Of a stretch of 64,000 bases of DNA, positions 26,266 through 35,407 are shown in pieces. How positions within the stretch are numbered: the stretch's first letter is position 1; every line of letters starts with the position of its first letter. The notes below the pieces were generated by a model that saw only the letters and a list, made by a program, of their open reading frames with translations, was not told the origin of the DNA and did not search any database. The DNA is taken from NCBI GenBank assembly GCA_003158735.1, contig PMLB01000226.1, forward strand, positions 687-64,686, given 5' to 3'. Made by a program: the position numbers and the translations under genes. This DNA is from Myxococcales bacterium. Lineage in GTDB: Bacteria > Myxococcota_A > Polyangia > Fen-1088.

Positions 26266-27927
26266 CTACTGCGGAAGAATGGCCAGCCTGGTGCCCGGCC
26301 CTGGCGCCAAATCGGTGTCGAAGACGGTGAAGCAGCCGGTGGGATCGACAGGATAGGTGTAGATCAGGGTTCCGTAGTAGTCGGACAATGAGTCGTGCTG
26401 GAACTGCGTGGTCTGCCATTCGCCCAGCACCACAGATTGATCGGCCGACGCATACCGCAGTCGGGTCGAATCCGGTGATCGGGATTCGACAAACACCATG
26501 CCGTCGCGGTTGGGTGGGAATCCGACGGTTCCGATCGCACCGCTCGGATCGTAGGCGAAGACGTCAGTTCCGGATGCGAGGTCCACCAGCCGCAGGCGCG
26601 AGAGCGAGAAGGTCGAGCCCGACAACTCGACTAGAGCCACCTGGTCCAGCTGTGGTGCTTCCAAGAACGTCGCACCACCTGAAAGCACAGTCGGCGTGCC
26701 TCCGTCCAGGCCGACGAAGGCAACACCCAGGTTGCGACCTGTGTTGTAGATGATCCGGCCGCTGGCACTGAAGGCGAAGACGCGCAGGGCGAGCTGATTC
26801 ATAAGGTAGTCGTAAAGGTCCGAGGCGAGTAGCTGCTCGCCGCTGCCGTCCAGGCGTATGGCGTACAGTTCGTCCATGTGGTCGGTGGCCTCGGTGGCGC
26901 CCAGCACCCACGTCTTGTCCGGCGACACCTGATATCCGAACAGACCCTGATCGCGCTTGGCCGCGACCAAGTACGAGGTGTCGCCGGTCCCTGGCGCATG
27001 GCCGCGAATGTCGCCCATGTGGTATGAGCTGCCAGTAGCGAACAGCAACAAGTCATCCGACACGAACGCCGGATCGTGGGCGCCGGGCTGTGATGTCAGG
27101 GTCTCAACCTGGCCATCCGCACTGGCGACCGCCAGAAGGCTCTGGCCAGACCCGCCATCCGACGGGGTGCTGATCAAGAAGGTTACCCAGCGGCCGTCAG
27201 GCGACACGGCTGCCGAGCGGGTTGGTGTCGGCGTCGCGAAAGTCGCCCCGACCGCCAGGCGCGTGCTGGTTCCCGACGCCACATCGATCACGTCCATGGT
27301 GCCGTTGTTGTGCGAGTCGCAGTTGTGAATGACGTACACGCGACTGCCATCAGGGGCGACGACATGTTGACATTCGCCCTGGACCAGCGTGCCCCATCTT
27401 ATGCTGTCGGTGCTGACGGCCACCAGGTCGCTACTGCCGGTCTGCACGGTACGCACGAGAAGGGTGGATCCCGGCTGCAACCACTCGGCGCTGAAGACCG
27501 ACATGGCGATGTCTGAGACCTGGCCTGACGGCAGCCGCACAAGTAGAAGATCATAGGCCGAGTTTCCGTACGGTCCTTGGTTTGTCACCATCAAGACCAG
27601 CGAGCTGCGATCCGGGGTGAACAGGGCGCGCACCACGTGGCGCTCAGTCAGCACGCCATCGGCCAGCGGCTGCAAGGCGGCGCATGGAAACGGGGACGCA
27701 AGGTCCGGCGGCACCTGTGCGTCCTTGGGCAACCAACTGTCGCTGGGGAACTGGGCGTCGGCGAGCCCTTGCGCGTCGGTGGAAACCGGGGCGTCGGCTG
27801 GCGCCCCAGCATCGGGGTGCGGAACGCCCATGGCGGTCCGGCCGCACGCCGGAGCCAGGCCGATCGTGAGCAAGACGAGCCTACCCTGTCGGAGCACGGA
27901 TTCGATTTTCCACCCTGGCGTCGCCAC
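26266..27927 (-). CDS. beta-propeller (TolB/PD40-like) lipoprotein, paralog 2
   Basis: Same architecture as 24562..26244. Shared C-terminus DPTGCFT(I/V)(L/F)DTDLAPGPGTRLAILPQ. Confidence 0.65.
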   Translation of the reverse strand: MATPGWKIESVLRQGRLVLLTIGLAPACGRTAMGVPHPDAGAPADAPVSTDAQGLADAQFPSDSWLPKDAQVPPDLASPFPCAALQPLADGVLTERHVVRALFTPDRSSLVLMVTNQGPYGNSAYDLLLVRLPSGQVSDIAMSVFSAEWLQPGSTLLVRTVQTGSSDLVAVSTDSIRWGTLVQGECQHVVAPDGSRVYVIHNCDSHNNGTMDVIDVASGTSTRLAVGATFATPTPTRSAAVSPDGRWVTFLISTPSDGGSGQSLLAVASADGQVETLTSQPGAHDPAFVSDDLLLFATGSSYHMGDIRGHAPGTGDTSYLVAAKRDQGLFGYQVSPDKTWVLGATEATDHMDELYAIRLDGSGEQLLASDLYDYLMNQLALRVFAFSASGRIIYNTGRNLGVAFVGLDGGTPTVLSGGATFLEAPQLDQVALVELSGSTFSLSRLRLVDLASGTDVFAYDPSGAIGTVGFPPNRDGMVFVESRSPDSTRLRYASADQSVVLGEWQTTQFQHDSLSDYYGTLIYTYPVDPTGCFTVFDTDLAPGPGTRLAILPQ

Positions 27928-28141
27928 CTACAAGCGGCACCGTCGTTGTTCGCCACAGTGCACAGCTGGTTTCAGCCTTACCGCCGGTGACCAGGGAAAG
28001 CACGCGCCGGGCGTGCGAACCGGCACTGGTTTGCCCCGAACGCGGCGCAAGAGTGCTACAACTGGCATCGAACCAAGGCGCCGCCGCACGAGGCCGCAAA
28101 TCCGCGGCCATCAGGCGGAACGCGGCGCGAGAGGAGATCCG

Positions 28142-28555
28142 ATGAAACGCAACGCGAGCGCAACTTGGAACGGGGGCCTGAAAGACGGCCATGGCAAATT
28201 CAGCGTCGGGAGCGGCGTGCTCAAAGATGTGAAGTACAGCTTCCGCACGCGCTTCGAGGACGAGCCGGGCACCAACCCGGAAGAGTTGATCGCCGCGGCT
28301 CATGCGAGCTGTTTCAGCATGGCCCTGAGCGCGCAACTCGGCGAGCGGGGCATCACGCCCCAGGCCATCGACACGACATGTGCCATCACTTTCGAGAACG
28401 GGACGCTGAGCAAGAGCGCACTGCAAACCACCGTCAAGGCCCGCGGCGCGGACAAGGCCAAGGTCGAAGAGGCAGCCGCTGCCGCCAAGGCTGGTTGCCC
28501 GATTTCCAAAGTCCTCAAGCTCGAGATCGCCTTGGAACTGATGGTTGAAGTCTAG
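28142..28555 (+). CDS. osmC: OsmC peroxiredoxin
   Basis: Internal start MKRNASATWNGGLKDGHGKF. Motifs NPEELIAAAHASCFSMAL and AKAGCPISK. The long ORF-track extension upstream is antisense to the preceding gene. Confidence 0.85.
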   Translation: MKRNASATWNGGLKDGHGKFSVGSGVLKDVKYSFRTRFEDEPGTNPEELIAAAHASCFSMALSAQLGERGITPQAIDTTCAITFENGTLSKSALQTTVKARGADKAKVEEAAAAAKAGCPISKVLKLEIALELMVEV

Positions 28556-28561
28556 AGATCC

Positions 28562-30007
28562 ATGAAGGGAACCGGCAGTCAGCCAGGCTGGTGGCGCCCG
28601 GGCGTGGTCGCGGCAATCGTAGCGGGCGCGCTTTCGATGGGCGCGTGCAGCCGTTCGGGTGGCACTGCGCCCTTGGACGCAGGTGGCGCGACGGCCGGCA
28701 CTGGAGCGGTGGGTGGCGTTGCCAGCACCGGCGGCGGCGTGGCCGCCGGCAGCAGCGCGAGTTCCGCAGAAACTGGTGGCACAGGCGGCTCCTCGGCATC
28801 CGGCGGCACGCTTTCCACCGCTGGCAGCGCGACCGGCGGTTTTGCGACCGGTGGCTCAGCGACGGGTGGCGCGTCTTCGTCAGGTGGAACTGCAGCCGGC
28901 GGCGTGCGTGCGACCGGCGGTTCGGCGCTGGGCGGTGTGGGCGCGACGGGTGGCTCGGCAACCGGCGGCGTGCTTTCGTCAGGCGGAACCGCAGTCGGAG
29001 GATCGAGCGCGACTGGTGGTTCGCCGACGGGCGGCGTGTCGTCGTCAGGCGGAATTGCCACCGCAGGCGTGAGCGCGACCGGCGGTTCTGCGACCGGTGG
29101 CTCGGCGAGAGGTGGCAGCGTGTCTTCCACAGGTGGCAGCGGGACCGCAGGCGTGAGCGCGACTGGTGGTTCGGCGACGGGCGGCACCGGCGGGATCACC
29201 ACGACCGTGGATCGCTTCGGCATTCGCATGCTCTACCCGACACTGGCCAGCGGCAAGCAGTGGTACGCCCAGTGGGACACGCCGGCGCGGACCTTTACGG
29301 GCAAAGATCCGAACGACCCCTGGTTCGACGCCGATCACGGCGATGCCAGCTACAAGGTGGAGGGCACCGGCATCCTGAAGATCACTGGCGGCGTGCCGCG
29401 CATGTATGTCCACGATCCGGCCTTGCTCGACCAGTGGCGAGACGTGGAGATCACCATGTACTTCCAGCGCGTGGCTGACAGCAACATAGCCTGGGGTGGA
29501 ATGGTGGCCATGGCCCGCACCAATCACGGAACCATCGGGCAGGAGACGGTGAACCTATGCGATACCCGCGGCATCGACGCGCGCATGCGCTACGATGGGC
29601 ACATCGATTTCGAGAAGGAGACCAGTCATCCGCAGTCGACCGCCATTCTCAACCAGACCCAGTGGGCCGGCGGAATGCCCTTCAATCAATGGATCGGCTA
29701 CAAACACGTGGTCTACGACCTGCCTGATGGCACTGTGAAACAGGAGCTCTATCTGGACAACAGCGATGGCGCCGGCGGCGGAAGCTGGGTGAAAATCAAT
29801 GAGCACATCGATGCCGGCAGCGATTTCGGCGTAAATGGCACCGCCTGCGCCGCCGGCATCGATCCGGCCATGAAGCTCACCCACGACCCGACCCGCACCG
29901 GTTCGGAAAGCGGCAAGCCCAACATCACCGTGTATTTTCGCAGCGACGGGGTGGGCAGCGACGGACTTTGGTACAAGAAGGGCAGCATCAGGGAAATCGC
30001 GCCCTAG
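28562..30007 (+). CDS. lipoprotein with about 190-aa Gly/Thr/Ser/Ala stalk and C-terminal beta-sandwich-like domain (possible polysaccharide lyase/binding; unknown)
   Basis: Lipobox LSMGAC. Degenerate (S/A)(A/S)TGG repeats span aa ~40-225. The globular C-terminus (…[13 protein letters not shown]…[21 protein letters not shown]) is vaguely reminiscent of jelly-roll lyases but not diagnostic. Confidence 0.6.
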   Translation: MKGTGSQPGWWRPGVVAAIVAGALSMGACSRSGGTAPLDAGGATAGTGAVGGVASTGGGVAAGSSASSAETGGTGGSSASGGTLSTAGSATGGFATGGSATGGASSSGGTAAGGVRATGGSALGGVGATGGSATGGVLSSGGTAVGGSSATGGSPTGGVSSSGGIATAGVSATGGSATGGSARGGSVSSTGGSGTAGVSATGGSATGGTGGITTTVDRFGIRMLYPTLASGKQWYAQWDTPARTFTGKDPNDPWFDADHGDASYKVEGTGILKITGGVPRMYVHDPALLDQWRDVEITMYFQRVADSNIAWGGMVAMARTNHGTIGQETVNLCDTRGIDARMRYDGHIDFEKETSHPQSTAILNQTQWAGGMPFNQWIGYKHVVYDLPDGTVKQELYLDNSDGAGGGSWVKINEHIDAGSDFGVNGTACAAGIDPAMKLTHDPTRTGSESGKPNITVYFRSDGVGSDGLWYKKGSIREIAP

Positions 30008-30019
30008 GCAGGCAGTCGC

Positions 30020-30625
30020 GTGAAAGGATTTCTTCTCGGCCTCTTGGTGGCTGCGCTGGCATTCGCTGGCTACCTGTACTGGCAGCACCAGCGCGGCCAG
30101 GCGGCCCGACCCGCGGTGACGACCGCGGATACCAGCCCGGCTCCAGCAAGCAAGAAGGTCAAGCGACGCATGCGCGGCGCCGTGCGCGTGGCGCGAGCGC
30201 CCGTCGCGCCCGAGACCAGCGAGCCCGAGCCCGAACCGGTGCGGCTGTCAGCCGCGGATCTGCGTTCGGTGGCCCAGGGCGACGATCTATCCACGCCCGA
30301 CGTTTTGCGCCTGGACATGTCGAACGCGAAGGAGCTGCCCGAGTTGAGCCAGGATCAGATCGACGAGCGTTTCCGTAGCGAGGAATCCGCCATTTTGGCG
30401 TGCATCTCGCACGCACGGCCGGACCCTGAAACCTATGTGCCCGGCCGCGTGACCATCAAGTTTCGTATCCAGCGCGCCGGCACGGTGCGCGGGGTGCGCG
30501 TCGAGGCGCCAGCCATTTTGCAGAAGGGTGGCCTGTTCGGCTGCATAAAGGGTGTAGTCGGCCCGCTGCGCTTTCCGCCGGCCGGTACCAGCCAGATCGT
30601 GAGCTACCCGTTCTCGCTGAGCTGA
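30020..30625 (+). CDS. membrane-anchored AgmX/PglI-type C-terminal-domain protein
   Basis: GTG start, one N-terminal TM helix and a charged linker. C-terminus ILACISHARPD…GRVTIKFRIQRAGTVRGVRVEAP…GCIKGVVGPLRFPPAGTSQIVSYPFSL. Confidence 0.6.
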   Translation: MKGFLLGLLVAALAFAGYLYWQHQRGQAARPAVTTADTSPAPASKKVKRRMRGAVRVARAPVAPETSEPEPEPVRLSAADLRSVAQGDDLSTPDVLRLDMSNAKELPELSQDQIDERFRSEESAILACISHARPDPETYVPGRVTIKFRIQRAGTVRGVRVEAPAILQKGGLFGCIKGVVGPLRFPPAGTSQIVSYPFSLS

Positions 30626-30785
30626 AGCACGCGCGTCGCGGTTCGTGACGAGCTGACAGGCAGCGCGTCCTGTGCTAAGCACAGCGAGTCTGGGAAGGTC
30701 ACATGAGCCCTCGGTCAGAGGTTGAGAAGTCAAAGCGGCGTGGGCGCTTGCGCCCACCGGCGCTTGCGATGGCCGAGGAGGGCTC

Positions 30786-32618
30786 ATGAGCGCTCGCAAC
30801 AAGCGCGGAAAGCGGGCGGCCGGCAAGCCTGGGCCGGCGCTGGTCAGCGGCGACGAGAAAGACGCGCCCGTCCGCGAGCCGGAAGTGCAAGCGGCCGAGC
30901 CCGAGTCGGGCGGCGACAAGGGCGGAGCCCAGACCGGTGCGGTGATCACCGAAGCCAGGCCAGCCGAGGAGACGCTTCGCGAGACCGAGCAGCCTGCCAA
31001 GGCCCTTCCTGACGTCCGCGAGAGGCAAGCCGCTGAGCTGGAGGCTGTCGTCGAAGGCCAGCCGCTTCGCGATGCCAAGCAGCGATTGCAATCCCTGCTT
31101 GATAATTCTCCGCTGGCGCTCATCGAGTGGTCGTCAGTCGACTACCGAATCGTGCAGTGGTCGGATGCGGCCAGCAAAGTCTTTGGCTGGACCGCCGAGG
31201 AGACCATCGGCAAGCGCATCGACGAACTGAACTGGATTCATCCCGCGGACCGGCCGCTGGTGGATCAGGTCGTGGCCGACCTACTCAGCGGCCAATGTCC
31301 GCGCAACGCCCACAAGAACCGCAACGTGCGCAAAGACGGCTCGGTGATTTTCTGCGAATGGTACAACTCCACGCTGCCTGATCCGTCAGGCGGATTCTCG
31401 GTATTGTCACTGGTGCTTGATGCCACCGAGCGCAAGCTGGCCGAGGCATCAGTGCGCGTGGCCGACTTGCAACTGGCCGAGGCCGATCAGCGCAAGAATG
31501 AGTTCTTGGCTGCGCTCGCGCACGAGATGAAGACCCCGCTGGCTCCCATCAAGAACAGCCTGTACGTCCTGGGCCACGCAACCTTGGGGAATGATCCGGC
31601 GCGCCGGGCTCAGGCTGTCATCGAAAGACAGGTGATTCGGCTGGCCCGGCTGGCCAGCGACCTCCTCGACGTGACTCGCATCGCGCGAAACAAAATCAAG
31701 CTTCAGTGCCAACTGCTGGAGCTAAACGGACTGGTGCGGGACACCATAGAGGATCAACGCTCGCTCTTCGACCGGACCGAGGTGCATCTCGAATTCCATC
31801 CCGCGCCCAGACCCGTGCTGGTCAACGCTGACTGGAATCGCCTGGCCCAAGTCATGGTCAACCTTCTGCAGAACGCGGCCAAGTTCACCGGCCGCGGTGG
31901 CGCCACCCTGGTCACTGTCCACGCCGAAAAGGCGGAGAAGCTGGCGGTGGTCCAGGTCGTGGATACGGGAGTGGGCATGGCGCCAGAAATGGTGGCGCGC
32001 TTGTTCCAGCCCTTCAGTCAGGTGGACTCCGCTTTGGACCGCAGCAAGGGCGGACTTGGGCTCGGGCTGGCGCTGATCAATGGGCTGGTCGAATTGCACG
32101 GGGGCAACGTGACGGTCTGCAGTGCGGGACTGGGCCACGGGACGGAGTTCACGGTTCAGCTTCCGCTGCTGACGGAGGAAGCCGCCGCCTCGCCAGCGGA
32201 GAGCGAGCGCGCCGCGAAAGCCCGGCGGCGCGTACTGGTCATCAAGGACGACATCGAAGCGGCCGACAGTCTGCGCGACGGGCTCGCGTCGGGCGAGTAT
32301 GAGGTTGAGGTGGCGTACAACGGCCCGGAAGGAATTGCCAAGGCGCGGGAGTTTAGCCCCGAGGTCGTGCTGTGTGACATGGGGTTGTCGGGAATGGATG
32401 GCTTCGAGGTTGCGCGCGCCTTCAAGGCAGACGAATCACTGAAGGACGTCTTGCTGGTGGCTTTGAGTGACTACGCACTCCCCGAAGATCTGCTGCGAGT
32501 CTCGCAGGCAGGCTTCGCGCACCACATGGCCAAGCCAGCCAGCCTCGAGAAACTGAAAGAGATCTTGGCAGCCCCGCCTGTCCCCAGCGTGCCAGAGGTG
32601 CCAGAGAAAGAAAACTGA
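30786..32618 (+). CDS. hybrid sensor histidine kinase / response regulator (PAS-HisKA-HATPase-REC)
   Basis: PAS region (LALIEWS…), H-box LAALAHEMKTPLAPI, G-boxes DTGVGM and GGLGLGLAL, and a receiver domain RRVLVIKDD…VLCDMGLSGMDG…KP. Confidence 0.9.
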   Translation: MSARNKRGKRAAGKPGPALVSGDEKDAPVREPEVQAAEPESGGDKGGAQTGAVITEARPAEETLRETEQPAKALPDVRERQAAELEAVVEGQPLRDAKQRLQSLLDNSPLALIEWSSVDYRIVQWSDAASKVFGWTAEETIGKRIDELNWIHPADRPLVDQVVADLLSGQCPRNAHKNRNVRKDGSVIFCEWYNSTLPDPSGGFSVLSLVLDATERKLAEASVRVADLQLAEADQRKNEFLAALAHEMKTPLAPIKNSLYVLGHATLGNDPARRAQAVIERQVIRLARLASDLLDVTRIARNKIKLQCQLLELNGLVRDTIEDQRSLFDRTEVHLEFHPAPRPVLVNADWNRLAQVMVNLLQNAAKFTGRGGATLVTVHAEKAEKLAVVQVVDTGVGMAPEMVARLFQPFSQVDSALDRSKGGLGLGLALINGLVELHGGNVTVCSAGLGHGTEFTVQLPLLTEEAAASPAESERAAKARRRVLVIKDDIEAADSLRDGLASGEYEVEVAYNGPEGIAKAREFSPEVVLCDMGLSGMDGFEVARAFKADESLKDVLLVALSDYALPEDLLRVSQAGFAHHMAKPASLEKLKEILAAPPVPSVPEVPEKEN

Positions 32619-33076
32619 TGGCGCATAGTCTTTGTCGCCGGTGGCTGGGATATCTGCTGGCGTCTCCGGTGCGGCGCTTGTTCCAGAATAGATAGAGTTC
32701 CGCCGCTGTCGATGGTGAGCGGGCCCATCCGCTGCCATCTCTGAATGGGTACCACCGCCATACTTGAAAGAGGTCACGCTGTCGTAGACCCAGTTCTTTG
32801 CTCAGGAACACCAACGTTGTCTCGCCTGTTCGAGGTTGGACGCTGATGACGCCCCTGCCTACTGCTGCGCTTCGACGCCTCGGTTTGCCGATCGAGCACG
32901 CCCTGGGCCAGGTGCCGCAGGATGCACTCGACAAAGGCTGCCAGCGGCTGTCGCGCCGCCTCGCGCCAGAGGGACACGCGAAACTACTAGTCTGCCCGCG
33001 TTCCCGGCAGATGTAGGCAAGAATGGCCCCTATCCGGGGACCGCGTTGACCCATTTCGTCGAGTCGCTGTCCCATA

Positions 33077-33112
33077 TATAATGTCAGCCACGCCTTGCAA
33101 GGGCCGTGGCTG
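33077..33112 (+). promoter_or_regulatory. perfect TATAAT hexamer followed by an 8-bp-stem hairpin upstream of the first lyase gene
   Basis: TATAAT lies at 33077-33082. It is followed by CAGCCACG-N12-CGTGGCTG (33085-33112), about 65 nt before the ATG at 33179. I found no convincing -35 at 17-bp spacing. Confidence 0.3.
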
Positions 33113-33178
33113 CATGATGGTCCGGGCCACCGATGCCGGAATCATAACGGCGCCGGCCAGGTCGTAAAGGAGACTCCG

Positions 33179-35191
33179 ATGAATTCCGCAGAACGCTTGT
33201 CGAAGAAGGTTCGCTGTCATTCGCTGATGTCTTGGCTGGCGCTCGGCGTGGGCCTGTTCGCCGCCAGGGGTGCATTGGCCGCGGAGTACTACGTGTCCCC
33301 CACGGGCAGCGATTCGAATCCTGGCACCCAAGCCAGCCCCTGGGGCACCGTGCAGAAAGCGGCCAGCACGGCAGCGGCTGGAGACACGGTCTGGCTGCGT
33401 GGCGGAACCTACAGCCCCAGCGCCGGCATCACGTTTTCGAAGAGCGGAACGTCGGACACTAACCGAATCAACTACTTTGCCTACCAAGGCGAAGTCCCGA
33501 AGATCGACTTCTCCAATATGAACGTATCAAGCAGCGGCTACAGCATGGGTATCACGGTCTCGGGTAACTGGCTGCATTTCAAGGGGATCGAGGAATGCTG
33601 CCTCAAGGAGACCACGTACGCCAACAACGGTTGGGATGTGAGCGGCAGCAACGATATTTTTGAGTTGCTGAACAATCACCACAACCAGGGCAACGGGATC
33701 TTCATGGGCACCAAGACTGGGGGGGGCAACCTCATCCTCAATTGTGATGGACACGACAATTACGATCCGACAACGACCCAAGGCGACGGACAGAATGCCG
33801 ACGGCTTCGGCGTTCACTACCAAACCAGCGGCGCCACCACCATCATCAGGGGCTGCCGATCGTGGTGGAACTCGGACGATGGCTACGATCTGATTAACCA
33901 AGAGGTTCCGGTCACGGTTGAAAACTCTTGGGCCTTTGGCTGTGGGTACTCCAATTACGGTACCGGCAGGCCCGCAGACGGAAATGGCAACGGCTTCAAG
34001 ATGGGGAGCAGCAAGACCGGTATCAGGCACCTCGTCCAGAACAATGTTGCCTGGGGAAACAAAGCGAACGGGTTCTATGCCAACCACTCCTCGGGCGGAA
34101 ACACTTGGTACAACAATACCTCGTTTCAGAACGGGACCCAATTCAACATGCTGGCCAGCACTTGGGATTCCGCCGGCAATCGAACGGACGGCGTGACCCT
34201 GACAGGAACCAAAGTCCACATTATGCGGAACAACATCGGTTTTCCCAACAAGAACACCGACATGAATGGCGTCGACACCCAATTCAACAGCTGGGACTTG
34301 AATATCACTCCGAAGGTCAGTGATTTTCTCAGCACAACAGATCCGAGCGTATCGGGTACGGGAGCGACGATAGAGACGAGTTCACCGGCACTCGGACCCC
34401 GTCAGGCCGACGGCAGTCTGCCCAATGTGGACTTCATGAAGCTGGCTGCTGGCAGCCAGATGATCGACAAGGGCACGGATGTTCAACTTCCATTCGTGGG
34501 CGCGGCTCCGGACCTCGGCGCCTACGAATATGGAGCCACTGGCGGCACGCCAACAGGCGGTGTCACTGCGGCCGGCGGGGCGACGGCAACCGGCGGAGCC
34601 ACCGGAGCCGGCGGCGCAACCACAGCAACCGGCGGCAAGACCGGGGGCGGCGGCGCAACCACGGCAACCGGCGGCTCGACCACGCCAACCGGTGGCGCAA
34701 CCACGGCAACCGGTGGCAAGACCGGAGGCGGCGGCGCAACCACTGCAACCGGCGGGAAGACTGCAGGTGGCGGCAGCACAGGAGCTGGCGGGGTCACGGC
34801 ACTCGGCGGCGCGCCGGGAACCGGTGGCGACACCGGAGCTGGCGGTGTGACAGAAACAGGTGGCACCAGTGGCGTGGTTCAGTCTGGGGGCGCCGTCCCA
34901 GTGGGCGGCACGGAGGAGACCGGCGGCAGCGTCGTGACCGGCGGAGAGACAGCAACTGGCGGAGTGCCGGGCGGCGCCGGCGCCAGTGGCCCAGGTGAGA
35001 GCGGGGGCAATGTGGTCACCGGCGGAACTCCGCACCCCGGCAGCACAGGTGGCGCCACGACCTCGACGGAAGCCGGCCAGACCAGTAGCGGCTGCTCCTG
35101 TCGGATGGCCGGACGCCAGGCTGCGGGCTATCCCGGCTTCGCCCTGCTTGGGCTTCTGGTTTTCGCTCTTCGTCTTCGCAAGAGGCGCTAG
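33179..35191 (+). CDS. secreted right-handed beta-helix lyase (pectate lyase family 9-like) with Gly/Thr stalk and MYXO-CTERM-type tail, copy A
   Basis: Start at the ATG after AAAGGAG, followed by a signal peptide. N-terminal module AEYYVSPTGSDSNPGT…GDTVWLRGGTY. Beta-helix motifs NADGFGVH, GCRSWWNSDDGYD, ENSWAFG and GNGNGFKMGSSKTG. About 200-aa (A/T)TGG stalk. Tail SGCSCRMAGRQAAGYPGFALLGLLVFALRLRKRR. Confidence 0.7.
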   Translation: MNSAERLSKKVRCHSLMSWLALGVGLFAARGALAAEYYVSPTGSDSNPGTQASPWGTVQKAASTAAAGDTVWLRGGTYSPSAGITFSKSGTSDTNRINYFAYQGEVPKIDFSNMNVSSSGYSMGITVSGNWLHFKGIEECCLKETTYANNGWDVSGSNDIFELLNNHHNQGNGIFMGTKTGGGNLILNCDGHDNYDPTTTQGDGQNADGFGVHYQTSGATTIIRGCRSWWNSDDGYDLINQEVPVTVENSWAFGCGYSNYGTGRPADGNGNGFKMGSSKTGIRHLVQNNVAWGNKANGFYANHSSGGNTWYNNTSFQNGTQFNMLASTWDSAGNRTDGVTLTGTKVHIMRNNIGFPNKNTDMNGVDTQFNSWDLNITPKVSDFLSTTDPSVSGTGATIETSSPALGPRQADGSLPNVDFMKLAAGSQMIDKGTDVQLPFVGAAPDLGAYEYGATGGTPTGGVTAAGGATATGGATGAGGATTATGGKTGGGGATTATGGSTTPTGGATTATGGKTGGGGATTATGGKTAGGGSTGAGGVTALGGAPGTGGDTGAGGVTETGGTSGVVQSGGAVPVGGTEETGGSVVTGGETATGGVPGGAGASGPGESGGNVVTGGTPHPGSTGGATTSTEAGQTSSGCSCRMAGRQAAGYPGFALLGLLVFALRLRKRR

Positions 35192-35407
35192 CGGCCCTGC
35201 TGCGTCAGTTCTTCGATTCACCGGCGGGCAAGTGGGCCCCGCTCGGCGGGGCAACCTGTGACCGCGCCAATCTTCCGATCCGCGTTAGCCATTTGTCGGG
35301 CCACCGCTGACTCGATTGATGGTGCCCCTTCCCCTATACTGATGGGATCCGTCTGTGAGCAGCAGCCCAAGCCGTTGGATTCCCGTAGCGCACCAAAGGA
35401 GCCCTTG

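Noticed and set aside
27617-28141. Upstream 175 codons of the 312-aa ORF containing osmC
   Set aside because: The stretch is antisense to, or overlaps, the 5' end of the beta-propeller gene and the intergenic DNA. The OsmC homology starts at MKRNASATWNGG.
28650-29210. CRISPR-like regular repeats (also the 36-bp repeats at 7135-7257)
   Set aside because: The repeats are in-frame coding quasi-repeats without unique spacers of constant length, and no cas genes are present.
28579-29229. Pro/Val/Ala-rich antisense ORFs (also 34522..34866, 36778..37356, 38997..39557 and 41180..41716)
   Set aside because: They are mirror images of the GGC-rich Gly/Thr stalk-coding repeats. They have no start context or motifs and exist only because the repeats lack stop codons on the opposite strand.
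32620-33075. Several overlapping minus-strand ORFs (32422..33075, 32774..32977, 32436..32777) in the AT-richer spacer after the hybrid kinase
   Set aside because: Short protein-like patches (for example AARQPLAAFVECILRHLAQGVLDRQTE) switch frames repeatedly. This may be a decayed gene, but I could not recognise any family or reconstruct a coherent reading frame.
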